From positions 211,792,001-211,856,000 of the forward strand of contig OX597815.1 in the NCBI GenBank assembly GCA_951406725.2: 64,000 nucleotides of DNA, given 5' to 3'. Positions 15,105 to 28,658 of the stretch are shown piece by piece. The stretch comes from Octopus vulgaris (lineage: Eukaryota). Within the stretch, counting starts at the first letter, position 1; every line of letters begins with the position of its first letter. Below the pieces are notes generated by a model. That model did no database searches, was not told the DNA's origin, and saw only the letters and a program-made list of their open reading frames with translations. A program made the translations under genes and the position numbers.

Positions 15105-15511
15105 TTTGATACCTAATTCATGCGGGAATGCCCGAATGAATAAGGTATCAAATTGGCAGAGCTAACTAAGCCCGAGGGTTCACTTCTTGTTATAGACATG
15201 TTATTTTTCGTCTCTACGTAAAACATGCCATATTACATGTCTCAACTTTGCTAACAGCAGGTTCCAGTCTTACTTAGAATATAATTTGTTAGGATTTTCA
15301 TGTTACTATAAAAATAGGGAAACGATAAAAATGGTTTTATATTTCCTTGTTAATCTATATTAATTTTAATATGTTTTTTTCTTCTTAAGGTATTTTGGGA
15401 AATTTTAAATTAAGTCTGTTTCACAGTTTACGTATCAGATAACCATTTTATACAAAGTTAGATACGTGAATATATTACCGTTTCGAATGTTGTGCTTTCC
15501 TTGTGATATAT

Positions 15512-15810
15512 TTTATTTATTTATGCGCCCTTTTCAAGCCTAGCCAGGCTTATGGGGCCCGGTTTCCCGGTTTCTGTGGCGTATGTATTTACCCCAGGTG
15601 GGCGGGACGCCAGTCCATCGCAGCGTCACTCAAGAAACAGGAAGGAAGAGTGAGAGAAAGTTGGGACGAAAGAGTACAACAGGGATCGCTACCACCCCCT
15701 GCCGGAGCCTCGTGGAGCTTTTAGATGTTTCGCTCAAAAACACACAATCGAAACCGCGATCCTCCAACCGCGAGTGCGCTGCCTTAACCACTGGGCCATT
15801 GCACCTCCAC
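15512..15810 (-). mobile_element. tRNA-Arg-like SINE, head H1 + tail T2
   Basis: Head homologous to 5062, tail homologous to 11323-11420; 13-bp TSD CCTTGTGATATAT at 15499-15511 and 15811-15823. Confidence 0.9.
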
Positions 15811-16181
15811 CCTTGTGATATATGCAGTGCATTTAATCCGTAGAAAATGAAGTGTTCCTTAAATTCGTCATTATCAAGCTTCAGTCTCATCAACGTCAGT
15901 CACAAATTCGTTAATGTTAATCATTAGTTTTGTTATCTTCGGTTTCGATTATGCTCTCATCTCTCCTGGTTTCGTCATCATCAACTTTGATTTTGCTACC
16001 GTCGACTCAGAGTCATCACTGAAGGAGGGAATGAACTGCTTTTGGGAACAGACATTGATATCAAGGATTACTTGCCGCAGAATTGTAAACAGGACGTAAA
16101 CTTTAAAATGTTTTGTAAAGGATAACAAGTTTTATATAATAAGAATTGCCACACTCTGCATTTCTGTAAACATACATACTG

Positions 16182-16218
16182 CGGAAACTGAAAGAAGCCC
16201 GTTGTATATATTTATATG

Positions 16219-16251
<33 letters not shown>

Positions 16252-16457
16252 TTGTATTTGTCCCCCGAACATCGCTTGGCAACCGATGCTGGTGTGTTTA
16301 CGTCCCCGTAACTTAGCGATTCGGCCAAAGAGACCAATAGAGTAAGTAATAGGCTTACAAAGAGTAAATCCTGGGTTCGACTTCCTCGCCAAAAGGCGAT
16401 GCTCCAGTATGTCCGTGCAGTCAAATGGCTGAAACAAGTAAAAGAGAGTAAAAGAGT
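16182..16457 (+). mobile_element. SINE family A, 5'-truncated
   Basis: CGGAAACTGAAAGAAGCCCG through AAGTAAAAGAG. Confidence 0.85.
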
Positions 16458-16640
16458 ATAGATCACAACAAAGCTATAAATAGATAACATCAGCTTAACA
16501 GGATATATGTTCCAAACACCTATGGCTATTTGATTATCTCCCTTTATTGATATTCATTCGAGCCTTTTGTGCCATCCGAGGATTAATCCGGTTGGCAATT
16601 CTTACGGAAGCAGTATCACACTTGCTTTAACGTAACCAAC

Positions 16641-16970
16641 TGGCCCTCCGTCGGCTACGACGACGACTAGGATTCCAGTCATTCCAATCAGCGGAGCCGC
16701 CTGTACCTGAAAATTATGTGTAAGTGGCTGAGCACTCCACAGACACGTGTACCCTTAACGTGGTTCTCAGGGAGATTCAGCGTGACACAGAGTGTGACAA
16801 GGTTAACCCTTCGAAATACCGCTACAACTCATTTTTGCCAGCTGAGTGGACTGGGGCAATAAAGTGAAATAAAGTGTCTTGCTCAAGGACACAACGCGTC
16901 GCAGGGAATTGAACTCACGACCTTACGACTGTGAGCCGAATACCCTAACCACTAAGCCACGCGCCTTCAC
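16641..16970 (-). mobile_element. tRNA-derived SINE, head H2 + tail T1
   Basis: Head homologous to 11173, tail homologous to 5268-5410. Confidence 0.85.
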
Positions 16971-17016
16971 CCACTGTAACATATACATACATATATAGAG
17001 ATGTATGATATACATA

Positions 17017-17178
17017 GGCGTAGGAGTGGCTGTGAGATAAGTAGGTTGCTTACGAACCACATGGTTCCGGGTTCAGTCCTACTGCTTGGCACCTTGGGCA
17101 TGTGTCTTCTACTATAGCCACGGGCCAACCAAAGCCTTGTGAGTGGATTTAGTAGACGGAAATTGAAAGAAGTCCGTC

Positions 17179-17246
<68 letters not shown>

Positions 17247-17444
17247 TTGTGTGTGTTTGTCCCCCCAACATCGCTTGACAACCGATGCTGGTGTGTTTAC
17301 GTCCCCGTAACTTAGCGGTTCGGCAAACGTGACCGATAGAATACGTACTAGGCTTACAAAGAATAAGTTCTGGGGTCGATTTGCTCGACTAAAGGCGGTG
17401 CTCCAGCATGGCCACAGTCAAGTGACAAACAAGTAAAAGAGTAA
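17017..17444 (+). mobile_element. SINE family A, full length
   Basis: Colinear with the 3660 and 37058 copies. Confidence 0.92.
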
Positions 17445-18257
17445 TAGATATGTGTGTGTGTGCATACGCACATATGCGCACACATACACACATACATGGT
17501 ACATGAGTGGGATTAGTGCGTATGTCTGTGTCTGTACGCATGCATATACAACGTCTGCACCAGGATGTTTTATTGCGGGCGTTGAAGTGTAAACAAGAAA
17601 AGGAAATAGAGAGCTCAATATCATAAGTAGAGGGAAATGTGACATCTTATAAGATGAAATCTGTTACAAATTTGTTACTCTGGGTTTCATGCACCTGATC
17701 TCCGGACAAAAATAAAGTAAGCAGAACATTGGAAATATATCAAAAGATAACCTGAAGAACTAATCAAATCAAATATCGAACATAACTTTGATGAAATTAG
17801 TCTCTTCCAAATCCTTTTCATTTCTTTTGTTCTTCGTCAAAGTTGGTATAATAATGTTAATGAAGAAATGAATATTGGGGCATGAATGGAAGATGAACAG
17901 AAGAGAAAGATGAAAGAAGGGAAAAGAAAGAAGGAAAAGATGAGGGAAGAAGGGGAGGAGAAACAGGCGAAGGATGAGAAGGAGATGGGGGAAACTGTAG
18001 TACAACGTCGGGGATTCATGAATACAAGAAACAAATATATGAAAAAAAAATAAATGTCAAGAAAAATGATAAAATAATACACGATAAAAAGCTACAAAAA
18101 ATAGAGGCATTGAGAGTGAAGATAAGTTTTATTAATGCACCTTTATATATAGATATATATATATATATATATACACACACATATATAAATATATATATAT
18201 GCGTGAGTGTGTGTTTTCTTTCTTTCATATTGCAAGTTTGCCGGGAATCATGAACTC

Positions 18258-18328
<71 letters not shown>

Positions 18329-18366
18329 ATATGTATATGTATATACAGCGAGAGAGAGAGACAATC

Positions 18367-18397
<31 letters not shown>

Positions 18398-19589
18398 TAT
18401 GCACACACACACACGCACATACACACGAGGGAATGATTGTGTGTGCGCGTGTGCTTGTTTCAACACCAAGACATTCTGATACATGTTTATATTTGGGTAT
18501 ATCGCTTTGTGCATGCGAACTCCTGCAATTGCTGAAGGTTTCTCGAACTATTTTCTCATAAACAGTAGTCAGAGGAGAAGCAAGACATATTATGCAGGAA
18601 TGCGGGACCTACTATGCATTACTTGAGGGAATAGCATTCCATTGAGAGTGGTAGTTATTTGAAGATATCAACTTATTCTTCAGGTAGTTTCATTGTGAAA
18701 GCTTTCTGTCATACGAATCTTTACGTCGTCGTCATCCTATTAAGTTATAGATAGTAATATTCTGTTTCCTTTGAAGTATGGGTCTTTGGTAAATTTTATG
18801 CCAGTTGCGATGATAATAATGTTATGCTATAGCATAAGGGTGATGGAATGGTGTTACAGAATAAGTAGATCACATGCGAAGAATTCAGAGTGCATATCTG
18901 GGTCATCTTAACCTTTCGCTCCTCTAGGAACGATATAATAAAAAAAACACTTAACTTTTGGAGTCTATATCATCGATTATTTCCCCTTGCCTTTGGTTTT
19001 GTTAGAAACCAATATTTTATCATGGCGTAAGTGTGGTGGACTGACAAGATTTTAGCGTTTTAGATTAAATGTCTTTTGTCATTTAGTTACAACCCCTTAA
19101 GTCCTGAGATCAAATCTCACTAATGTTAACTTCCCCTTGCACTTTTTTTTACTAAATCAATGAAATAAGTTTCAGTCAAGTATTGGTATCGAGTCATCAA
19201 CTATTTCCTAAATTTTTAGCATTGAACCTATGTTATATATAAAAAAAAAAGTATATGTTTAATGTACAAATACACAACGGTTAAAAAGTACTGAATATTG
19301 GTAGTAGGGTAATTGATAAATAACGAATACGCTGAATGATGAATACGGGAATAAATGTCTTGCAAACAACTTGCACATGCAAGTGCTACCAGTTAAAAGC
19401 TCCGTATACCGGAAGCTAGCAAGTGTATGGGGTCATCAGGAGAGAATGCGCGCCGTTTCGGGGCCTACCTCTCGACGGCATCAATGCGCACTGCCCCCCC
19501 CCCCTCACTGATATGAGGCCCCGCTTGCTAGATCAGCTGGTTATGAAGAACTCACTATACTTCTAGCCATCGCTCATCGTCTCTTTTTA

Positions 19590-20290
19590 ACCAAATTCTG
19601 CCGAGGTTGACTTTGTTTTTCATTTACTCTGGGTCGTTAAAATGCGTACCAGTTGCGCACTGGGATCGGTGTAATCGACTATCCGCTTTTCCCAAAGTTT
19701 CAGAATTCGGAATTCATCATTTGAATCCTCGTATGTTATCAATGATTCGAATTATGAAACTTCGGTTCAATAGTGTCCTTAAATATATCCACTGTTAACT
19801 TTTTTTCTATTTACCTATGCTAACAATCAGTATTATATCATGGTATTAAGGCGGTGAGCTGGTAGAATCGTTAGCAAAATGCTTAGTGGCATTCCTTCCG
19901 TCTTTTACGTTCTGAGTTCAAATTCCACCGAGGTCGACTTTGTCATTCATCCTCTCGAGGTCGATAGAATAAGTACCAGACTTAAGCAATGGGTTTCATG
20001 TAATCGACTTAGTCCCTTCCCTGAAATTACTAACCTTGTTCCAAAATGTGAAACCAATATTACACCTTAGAAAAGGCGGCGAGCTGGCACAATCATTAGA
20101 TTGCCGGGTAAAATGTTTAGCGGCATTTCGTCCGTCTTCATGTTCTGAGTTCAAATTCCACCGAGGTCGACTTTGTCTTTCATTCACTCTGGGTCGTTAA
20201 AATGTGTGCCAGTTGCGCACTGGGATCGATGTAATCGACTAGCCGCTTTTCCCAAAGTTTCAGAACTTGGGCCTAAAGCAAAAATGAATA
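19590..20290 (+). mobile_element. Cluster of SINE family B copies (Nin/Deu-like domain): 19590-19705, 19850-20060, 20075-20290
   Basis: Head GGCGGCGAGCTGGCA..., CCGAGGTCGACTTTG-TTCATCC-GGTCGATAGAATAAGTACCAG; the latter resembles the Nin/DeuSINE domain. Confidence 0.8.
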
Positions 20291-20711
20291 CTGTACCATA
20301 GTTTAAGGGTGATGTTTGGCAGAATATGTAAAGTGTAGAGCGATGTTTAGTTGCTTGTTTTTCTGAGTTCAACTCTTCACGAGGTTAGCTTTGCTTTTAG
20401 TCCCATTGGATATGATAAAATATTAACAGTTAAGTTGTTTTTTGTTTTGTTTTTTCGTTATTCTTAATCAGCTACATCTGTATTTCTCATGTCTGTCTGT
20501 AATATCACTTTGAGGTATTAGAGACTATTTTGAAAACGACATGAAATGAAAATGTCAAAAGTGTTATATTACTATCGCACATTACAACTCTAATGTGGTG
20601 CTGATCAGTGCTTATAAATTTACAAGCTCAAAAGGATGTTTGTGCAAAATAGGTTTTGAGCCACTGAACTACACTCAAAATTTGTGACTTTGTTTCTAGG
20701 TTCAGAATGAA

Positions 20712-20929
20712 CATTGGCTTCAAATTTTGGCACAAGTCCAGCAATCTCAGGGAAGGGGCTAAGTCGATTACATCGACCCCAGTGCTCAACTGGTACTTAT
20801 TTTATCGACTCTGAAAGTATGAAACGTAAAGTCGATCTCGGTGGAATTTGAGCTCAGAACGCAAAAACAGACGAAATGCCGCTAAGCATTTTTTTCCTGG
20901 CGTGCTAACGATTCTGCCTGCTGGACGCC
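20712..20929 (-). mobile_element. SINE family B
   Basis: Reverse-complement homolog of the 20075 copy. Confidence 0.85.
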
Positions 20930-21171
20930 ATTAGGTTCGAAATGGATATTAATCACAGTTACTAAATGCATTTCATAATTTTTCACTTCGGTTGTACATT
21001 GTATTAATAGGATTGCTTTCTGCACTTTAACTTTCAGTTTCTCGGATAACATCCAACTTTTATGAAATTGGTCTATCACCCAAGAACCCGGATTCTATCT
21101 GCTACGAAAAAAATTCCCTTGTCAATGCATATAAAATGTTCGTTCACTCACCACCATGCCATATATTTTCT

Positions 21172-21248
<77 letters not shown>

Positions 21249-22345
21249 TCATCCCTTTCTCACTCTCTTTTATTCTCCTCTCTAATTGTCTATCTCTTTC
21301 TTCTCTTCTACTATTACTGAAATGATCGATGCTCCTTAACTTTATTTATGTAGTACGTTCATGTAAAACTATTCTCCTCAAGCGATTTTTCTTTTCTTTT
21401 TTTTTCTTTTTGTTTTGTCCATTCTATGTTCGCATTCCCCGTCTTAAACTTCACCGTATCCTTCATCGTCAAAACTGTATCCCTCTGGAACTTATTCTCC
21501 ATTTACGTACATCCACCTAACAAATCACGTTCGATATTTCAAATTGAAAAGCAACCTTATAAACCCTATGGGACTACCTTTAGATTTCAATCTCGAAAAG
21601 CCAACATAAGTTATAGGATCGTGACTTTGCGGCATGCTATATTTTGACGAGATGGCCCCATGGTGTAACTTTCCTCCTTCATATTTCAAAACACATCCAT
21701 CTTAGCTCTAACAACACAACTTTCGTGACTGATATCAAGGGAGAGTTCATACTGTTCGTGTTACCATCACGTCATATTTATATCCGCCTCTAAATTACAA
21801 ACAAGATTCCACTGTGTTCCATTGTATTAGCGAATCAAACTTACTCTAATTTCATTTTCCTTACTAAATCTCCACACCCACCATTACTAATGAGGGCTTC
21901 TTTATTATTTTTACGGAATGCACCATGTAAGTGATCCATGCTTAGAACAACTCATTAAGTTTCCAGCAAGTAGGTTTCTGGCGACACCTACAGGATAGAC
22001 CACAAATCTCTGATCCTTAGTATTTAAAAAAAAATAAATCAGTCACTGTTGTTTCACCACAATTTTTACATCTGAGTAGAAATATTTGTTTGTTATATCA
22101 GAAAAGGTATTTTACCAAGTTGTTACATGTTCACACACTCGCACATACTCGCACACACACACATATACAAACATTCCAGTCTAAAATGTGTGTATCTAAA
22201 ATATGGCATCAATATTTTTGTTATTTTTGTTGTTGCTGCTGTTGTTTAGTCCCATGTCAACACGGATCAGGCAGAGCAATGATCAAAGACATTTCAGATG
22301 AAATCAACCTGTCTTTTATTCAAGTATACTGTACCTTAGGCTATA

Positions 22346-22980
22346 TCTATATATATAAAGCTGAAGTTTTCTGTGTGTGTGTGTGGCAGGTTTGGTAGCC
22401 TTCAACTATTGCTATCTCCTCCGAGACTCTGCGGTGCAAGTTGACCAAAATTGAGAGTATGATAGAAGAAGGCTTGTTCTTCATTTCGTAGAAAAAAAAT
22501 TCAAATCGGACCATGTTAACACCAAAAATTATTTACATCAAAAAGGTGCATTTTTTCTATAAAAAACCCTATTTTGTACGATTTTGTACGACGACTGCTG
22601 TGTCGCCATTTTTCCGTGCATTTCAACCATAAAATGTTCACTTAAAGAGAATAACAAGCTACATAATGCAAAATTTTTAGTTTTCAAAAATTCCAATCCT
22701 AAAGGGTCGAAAAGAATTTTTTTGTGATGTCAATGGTTTTGAGCGAACGACGGATCAGCTGATTCAATGCAGAGGAGTAATGTTCGCTGCGTGAATGCAT
22801 TAATTTTTAAGGTCGTCAACTGCTACAGCCTTGAGTACAATTCAGCAATTTCAATCGATTGTTTGTGAGAAAAACTAATTACATTGGCGTAAGACGGAAC
22901 ATTGTTAACGCGACATCAAAGTCTGCCGTTTAAAGCGCAACTAAAAAACAAACCCGAGCAACGCCCGGCTCTACTGCTTG
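22346..22980 (+). mobile_element. Non-autonomous Helitron
   Basis: 5' A|TCTATATATATAAAG, 3' hairpin CCGAGC-AAC-GCCCGG then CTGCTTG|T (CTAG mutated); no TSD; interrupts an older repeat; ends homologous to the 63481 element. Confidence 0.85.
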
Positions 22981-23149
22981 TTATGTAATGTAATTATCTT
23001 CCTTTTCTTTTTATAAGACAACAGGGTGTGATTTGAGGGAGGATTTACTGTTATTTCTAAGATTTCGGGCTACCGAGTTGAGGATACTCCGTTGACCCAT
23101 CAGTGTGTCTATAAAAGTTTAACGGGTACAAATAATAATGTAGTCTCAA

Positions 23150-23495
23150 ATGACGTGAAAGTCAATGAGAAGTATATAGAAAATAGAAAAGTACCACAAC
23201 CTGACCATTAAGTTACAGAGATTATGGAAAGTGCGGATAAAATGTATCCCTGTAGTTATAGGTGCATTAGGAACTATCCTTAAAGATTTGAACAGATAGG
23301 TAGACGAAATACGCATAAAACCTAGTTTAGTACAACCCCAGAAATTATTAAGGGCAGGATACTTAGGAAGGTTCTCAGAATCTAAGGTTACTTATTTTAG
23401 CCCGAAGTTAGGAAGTTTTCTATTCTAAAAGTTAATCTGTTGTGCGTTTGTAACATCATAATAATAATGATGATGATGATGATGATGATTATAAT
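23150..23495 (+). mobile_element. R4/Dong-like non-LTR element 3' end (RLE C-terminus)
   Basis: IEKYHNLTIKLQRLWKVRIKCIPVVIGALGTILKDL...GRILRKVLRI*, short 3' UTR, then (TAA)/(TGA)n. Confidence 0.85.
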
Positions 23496-23499
23496 ATTT

Positions 23500-24088
23500 T
23501 ATTGGTTGAACGATATTTCAACAGTAAGTTTATCTTTGTCAAGTTCAAAATAAGTGATAAAAATTCAAAATTATAGAAATTTAAACGTAAAGTATGAACA
23601 AGAGCAACCAGCGTCCACACGTTGATAAAATGACATCATCAGTTTTTAAGTTACAATTGTATAACAGGCGAAAAGAAAAAGACAAAAAAAAAACAGAAAA
23701 AAAGTAAAGAAAAAGAGAGGAAGAAGAATATTTAATCAAACAGTTTTGTATAAATTTGATATTCTCCTGTCATCTTATTCATTCCTCCAGGGCCTGATGT
23801 TAATAACCTGCAAACATATTTCTCCTCATACATTCTGAGAAGTGACAGTGAAGCAGATTCAGAATATTTTCTGAGAATATGCACTTTCAAGTCTTCTTAA
23901 AAAGTGCAGCCCCTTGAAACGAAATGTTCAGCAAGTTCTGTCGAACTCCTGTTATTGTGCCTGACGTCGAATCTGTGCCCATTAACGCTTTTTTTTTAAT
24001 TGTTGAGTTGTACAACCAGCATAAATTAAGTTGCGTTCCGTGCATTCTGCAGCGTACACCAAATGGGAATCTTTACATGTTCCACCTT
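23500..24088 (-). mobile_element. Penelope-like element 3' fragment with GIY-YIG endonuclease
   Basis: Minus strand TCKDSHLVYAAECTERNLIYAGCTTQQL, frameshift, NGHRFDVRHNNRSSTELAEHF...DLKVHIL...YEEKYVCRLLTSGPGGMN; downstream CTGATGATGTC...GAC near 23612-23642. Confidence 0.8.
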
Positions 24089-24110
24089 CTGTATAAATCA
24101 TAACATAATC

Positions 24111-24160
<50 letters not shown>

Positions 24161-24217
24161 TGATGATGATGATGATGATGATGCTGTTGATGATGATGAT
24201 GATGATGATAATGCAAT

Positions 24218-24567
24218 ACCAGGCACTAGCTTTCCTGGCTTCTGATCTTAACTGATTGAAAGTGTTATGTACGTTTTGTCTTGGTTATAAAAGATGGGCT
24301 GCAGCTAAAATTCCACAGATTTGCTTGTCAATTGTTTGACCTTAACCAGCTGAGCATGTCCCATTTCCGCAGATGATATGTACATTTCTGATCACGAGCG
24401 GAAGTAGTGCGCTGTTTATCATGATATGAGATCACTATGTTGCGCACGTATGGTTGTGTGCATGTACCTGGTGTACCCTTTTCAGACGGGTAGTCATGAT
24501 GGCTATATTGGACTTCGTATATTTCTACCCCAGTGTAGCTTTGATGGCATGTGCTGCTCTCTCACTC

Positions 24568-24619
<52 letters not shown>

Positions 24620-24620
24620 G
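24218..24620 (+). repeat. Probable retroelement 3' UTR fragment ending in (AAT)n
   Basis: Unique 350-bp block bracketed by AAT/GAT microsatellites; no ORF similarity recognised. Confidence 0.35.
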
Positions 24621-25497
24621 TAATAGTCTCAAATTTTTGCACATGGCCAGCAACTTTTAGAGGACAGGGTAAGTTGATTACATCGACTTCAGTACCTAAC
24701 TGGTACTTCGTTTACAATGATCATAAGTCCTCCAACCGGGATCATCACACCTTTTTACTATCAGGAAAAGAGCATCACTATCTAGTGTGTCCTTCCATTT
24801 AATTGGAAGCGGTTCCGTTTGCTATTTCTACAACTCCATAAACACATGTTAACGACTCTAACGAGACTAAAACATGCCCGTTGCTTTCACTTGTTGGATG
24901 CAAAGACTAAACGCGCTTTAATCTCTGTTGACCTTGTTGCCTCAAGTGATCTTATTGAAATTAACTCCCTTGTTAATTTTCCCTTGCCAGTTCACTTTGC
25001 TATGGTCTCACATATAATGTGAAGCCATAGCAGATTTGTTTTACCTATTCGACTATCTTGCTTCCTCTCATAAATAACGTACTAATATTCTAAGAATCCG
25101 GCTTCTAGAGATCCGGGAATATTATGCAATACCATGCAATATACTGTACTCTATATTAAGTTAGCAGACCCTACTTTTCAGGTTGGCTATTTTGCATTCA
25201 GTGCTTTTTTTTATCTTTAATTTTTAAAGAGAATTGGTAAAAATCGAACATGCTCTATTTTAGAATTGTATTAGAACTGTACATGTATCTGTTAAGTAAA
25301 ATCACGTTCTTTACTTTCCTTCAATGAATTTTTCATTGTGTAAACATAATATATACATGATACAGTAAGATATAGCTTAAGACCTTTTAGTGGATTAATA
25401 AATATAGAACAGACCCTGCTTTTGAAGCATATCAATTTGAATCAGTTAAACACTTTGCTCTTCATAGCTTATTTTATGTTTTAAATATATATCTATC

Positions 25498-25898
25498 CAG
25501 TGATTCTCAATCATTTTTCTCTATGGATCCCTTTGATCCCTATTTCCCTTGGATGGGCCCCCATAGTCACTCGATATTTAAAAAGTCCTGTTGCATTTTT
25601 GTAATTTAATATTATAAGGAATTGTCTGTAAAAATCATGTTCCGTGTATCATAGAAGTAATTATTGAATTATTACTCTACTCTTTTACTTGTTTCAGTCA
25701 TTTGACTGCGGACATGCTGGAGCACCACCTTTAGTCGAACAAATCGACCCCAGGACTTACTCTTTGGAAGCCTAGTGCTTATTCTATCAGTCTCTTTGCT
25801 GAACCGCTATGTTACGGGGACGTAAACACACCACCATCGGTTGTCAAACGATGTTGGGGAGACGAAATAAGAAACATAAACATATACACGCACAAACA

Positions 25899-25930
<32 letters not shown>

Positions 25931-26434
25931 CACATACATATATATATATATACATATATATATACACATATATATATACACATACATATATATATATATA
26001 TACACATACATATATATATATATACACATACATATATATATATACATACATATATATATATACATACATACATATATATATATACATACATATATATATA
26101 CATACATATATATATACATATATACATACATATATACATACATATATACATACATATATATATACATATATACATATATACATACATATATACATACATA
26201 TATATATACATATATACATATATATATATATATACATATATACGACGGGCTTCTTTCAGTTTTAGAAGACACTTGCACAAGGTGCCACACAGTGGGAATG
26301 AACCCGGAACCATGTGGTTGGTGAGCAAGCTGCTTACCACACAGCCACTCCTGCGCTTATTGCGCATAAATTTTAACAACAAAAGTCTTATATGGACCGC
26401 CAAGGATCACATGAACCTTGGTTGAGAGCCACTA
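25498..26434 (-). mobile_element. hAT-type MITE, same family as 8690, interrupted by a SINE A
   Basis: Ends CAGTGATTCTCAA / TTGAGAGCCACTA; internal reverse-complement similarity to 8690-9029. Confidence 0.75.
25675..26356 (-). mobile_element. SINE family A with expanded central (TA/TACA)n
   Basis: Reverse-complement of family A; small internal deletion near 26260. Confidence 0.9.
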
Positions 26435-27114
26435 GACTATCTCTAGAAAACCAGGAAATCCAGAAATTTGAGACCCTTCTGGCCTTAAGCTTCCCGGATA
26501 GTTGTTACGGTACTAAACTTATATATCTTAACATATCAGTATGCTGTTCAAAAGGTCTGGCTGGTGTCGGTGTGCTGGTTTTTCAGCCAAGGGCCATATG
26601 TTTCTGTGATGTCTAGAGTGCTGCAGATGTATCCTGTGCTGTGATATATCACAGATAAAATATATACCATATGTATTTACATAATGGAGACACTTTCACA
26701 AACATTCACACTGCACTTACAGAGAGAGTGACATGGATGCAAGACAAAACATATACGCACACTCGGTCATATACGCACACAAACACAACCACACATCACG
26801 CGCACATATATATTCCCAAACGCATATATTCTTACTCAATACATACATATATACATACGTATGTATATCGTATGTTTGTATGTGTATGTGTATTTGACTA
26901 TATGCATTATATCTGTGTGTGTGAGTATATGGATAGATACGTGATAAATACCTAAGTTGATTAATGTCCAGATTTAGATATACATCCTCTTATGAATGCA
27001 TTACACACACGTATGTGTGTATGTGTGTGTATAATTACAAAGATATATTTACGTGTGTATTTATAAATATATACATATATATATGTATCTATGCGCATAT
27101 ATATATATATATAT

Positions 27115-27160
<46 letters not shown>

Positions 27161-27866
27161 TCGTTAATATTGCGTATAAAGGGTTCAACGTTTGTTCTAT
27201 GTCAGCGTGTGTATATAAGACTTTTTTGCGTAATAAGATAAAAAAAAACCCAAGGCATTTATAGATAGGTCTTATGCTCTAATATCTATACAGCCTTGGT
27301 TTTTTTATCTTATTACGCAAAAAAGTTCTTACATATATATACATATATATACATACGTACGTGTGCGTGTGTGTGTGAATGTTTGTCCAATTGTGTGGAC
27401 AGAAAATATGGAATCACGTAGGGGGAAATGCGATAAAACCGGTTCTTTCAATTACAGTTTGAAAGACAAGATTGCTTTAGCAATACGCTTTCTGGCGAAA
27501 TACTCTGATACTTCTACTATAACTTAATAACTGACTTGTCAGTGCATGTGACTGAAACACTTAGATCCTGGTCTTTGTAGCCGATGGCGAACCATTTATT
27601 TTATGCATATATTTGTGAGCATATATACGCATTATGTAAATACATATTAACTGTCTTCACGTCCCGACTGCATTCTGTAGACTAGTCCGCTGTGACAAGC
27701 TGTGTTCAAAGTGTTGTTAGAAATGTCTTCTTCGATGTGGAATAATAAGAGTTTGTCAGGTCGGCTGATTAGATGTGTAGTAATAATACACTAAAACTGA
27801 AATAATCTAGACTAGTTACAATTGCCTCTCCTAAACAAGTCTCAAAACGTCTGCAATGCACCACGA

Positions 27867-27989
<123 letters not shown>

Positions 27990-28658
27990 CTGATACATAT
28001 ATAAATATATATAAATATATTTATACATATATATATATATATATATATTTATACATATATATATATACATATATATATTTTGCATATGTACACGCATGTA
28101 TACATACAGACATATGTGTGTGTATGTATGGATATGAGTATGTGTATGTATGCTTGTATGTAAACGAGTATATGTCTGTTTAAGGGTGAGCGTATATGTG
28201 TGTGCAAGTATGATTGTGTGTGTGTGTGTTTGCTTGTGTGTGTGTTTGTTTTCTTGTGTGTGTGTGTGTGCGTGTGTGTGTGCACGTGCGTATGCGTGTA
28301 TGTGCTGCTATAAGGGGTATTACCGAACCAGTCTACAAGCAATATTAAAAACTTCATCCTCAGTTGTTTATCATCCCACTTCAAGACATTTTATATACAT
28401 GTGTCCCCACCCTTATCTGGGGACGAAACCTTTCTCGTATTTAACGTTATGTAAACATTCTCTCGATGGGAGGGTCATTAAAACTACAGCCGTCATTAAT
28501 TTGCTTTTATCTACGGTTTCTTTCTTCCTACTTCTTCCTCTTTCCTTTCTAGTCTTTTCTCTTTCTTATTTGTTTGTATCATTCGCCTCCTCTTTCATCT
28601 TGTATTCCATCGTGGGACATCTACATATTGAATCAGCATGGATCCTAGCAGAAGAGGG

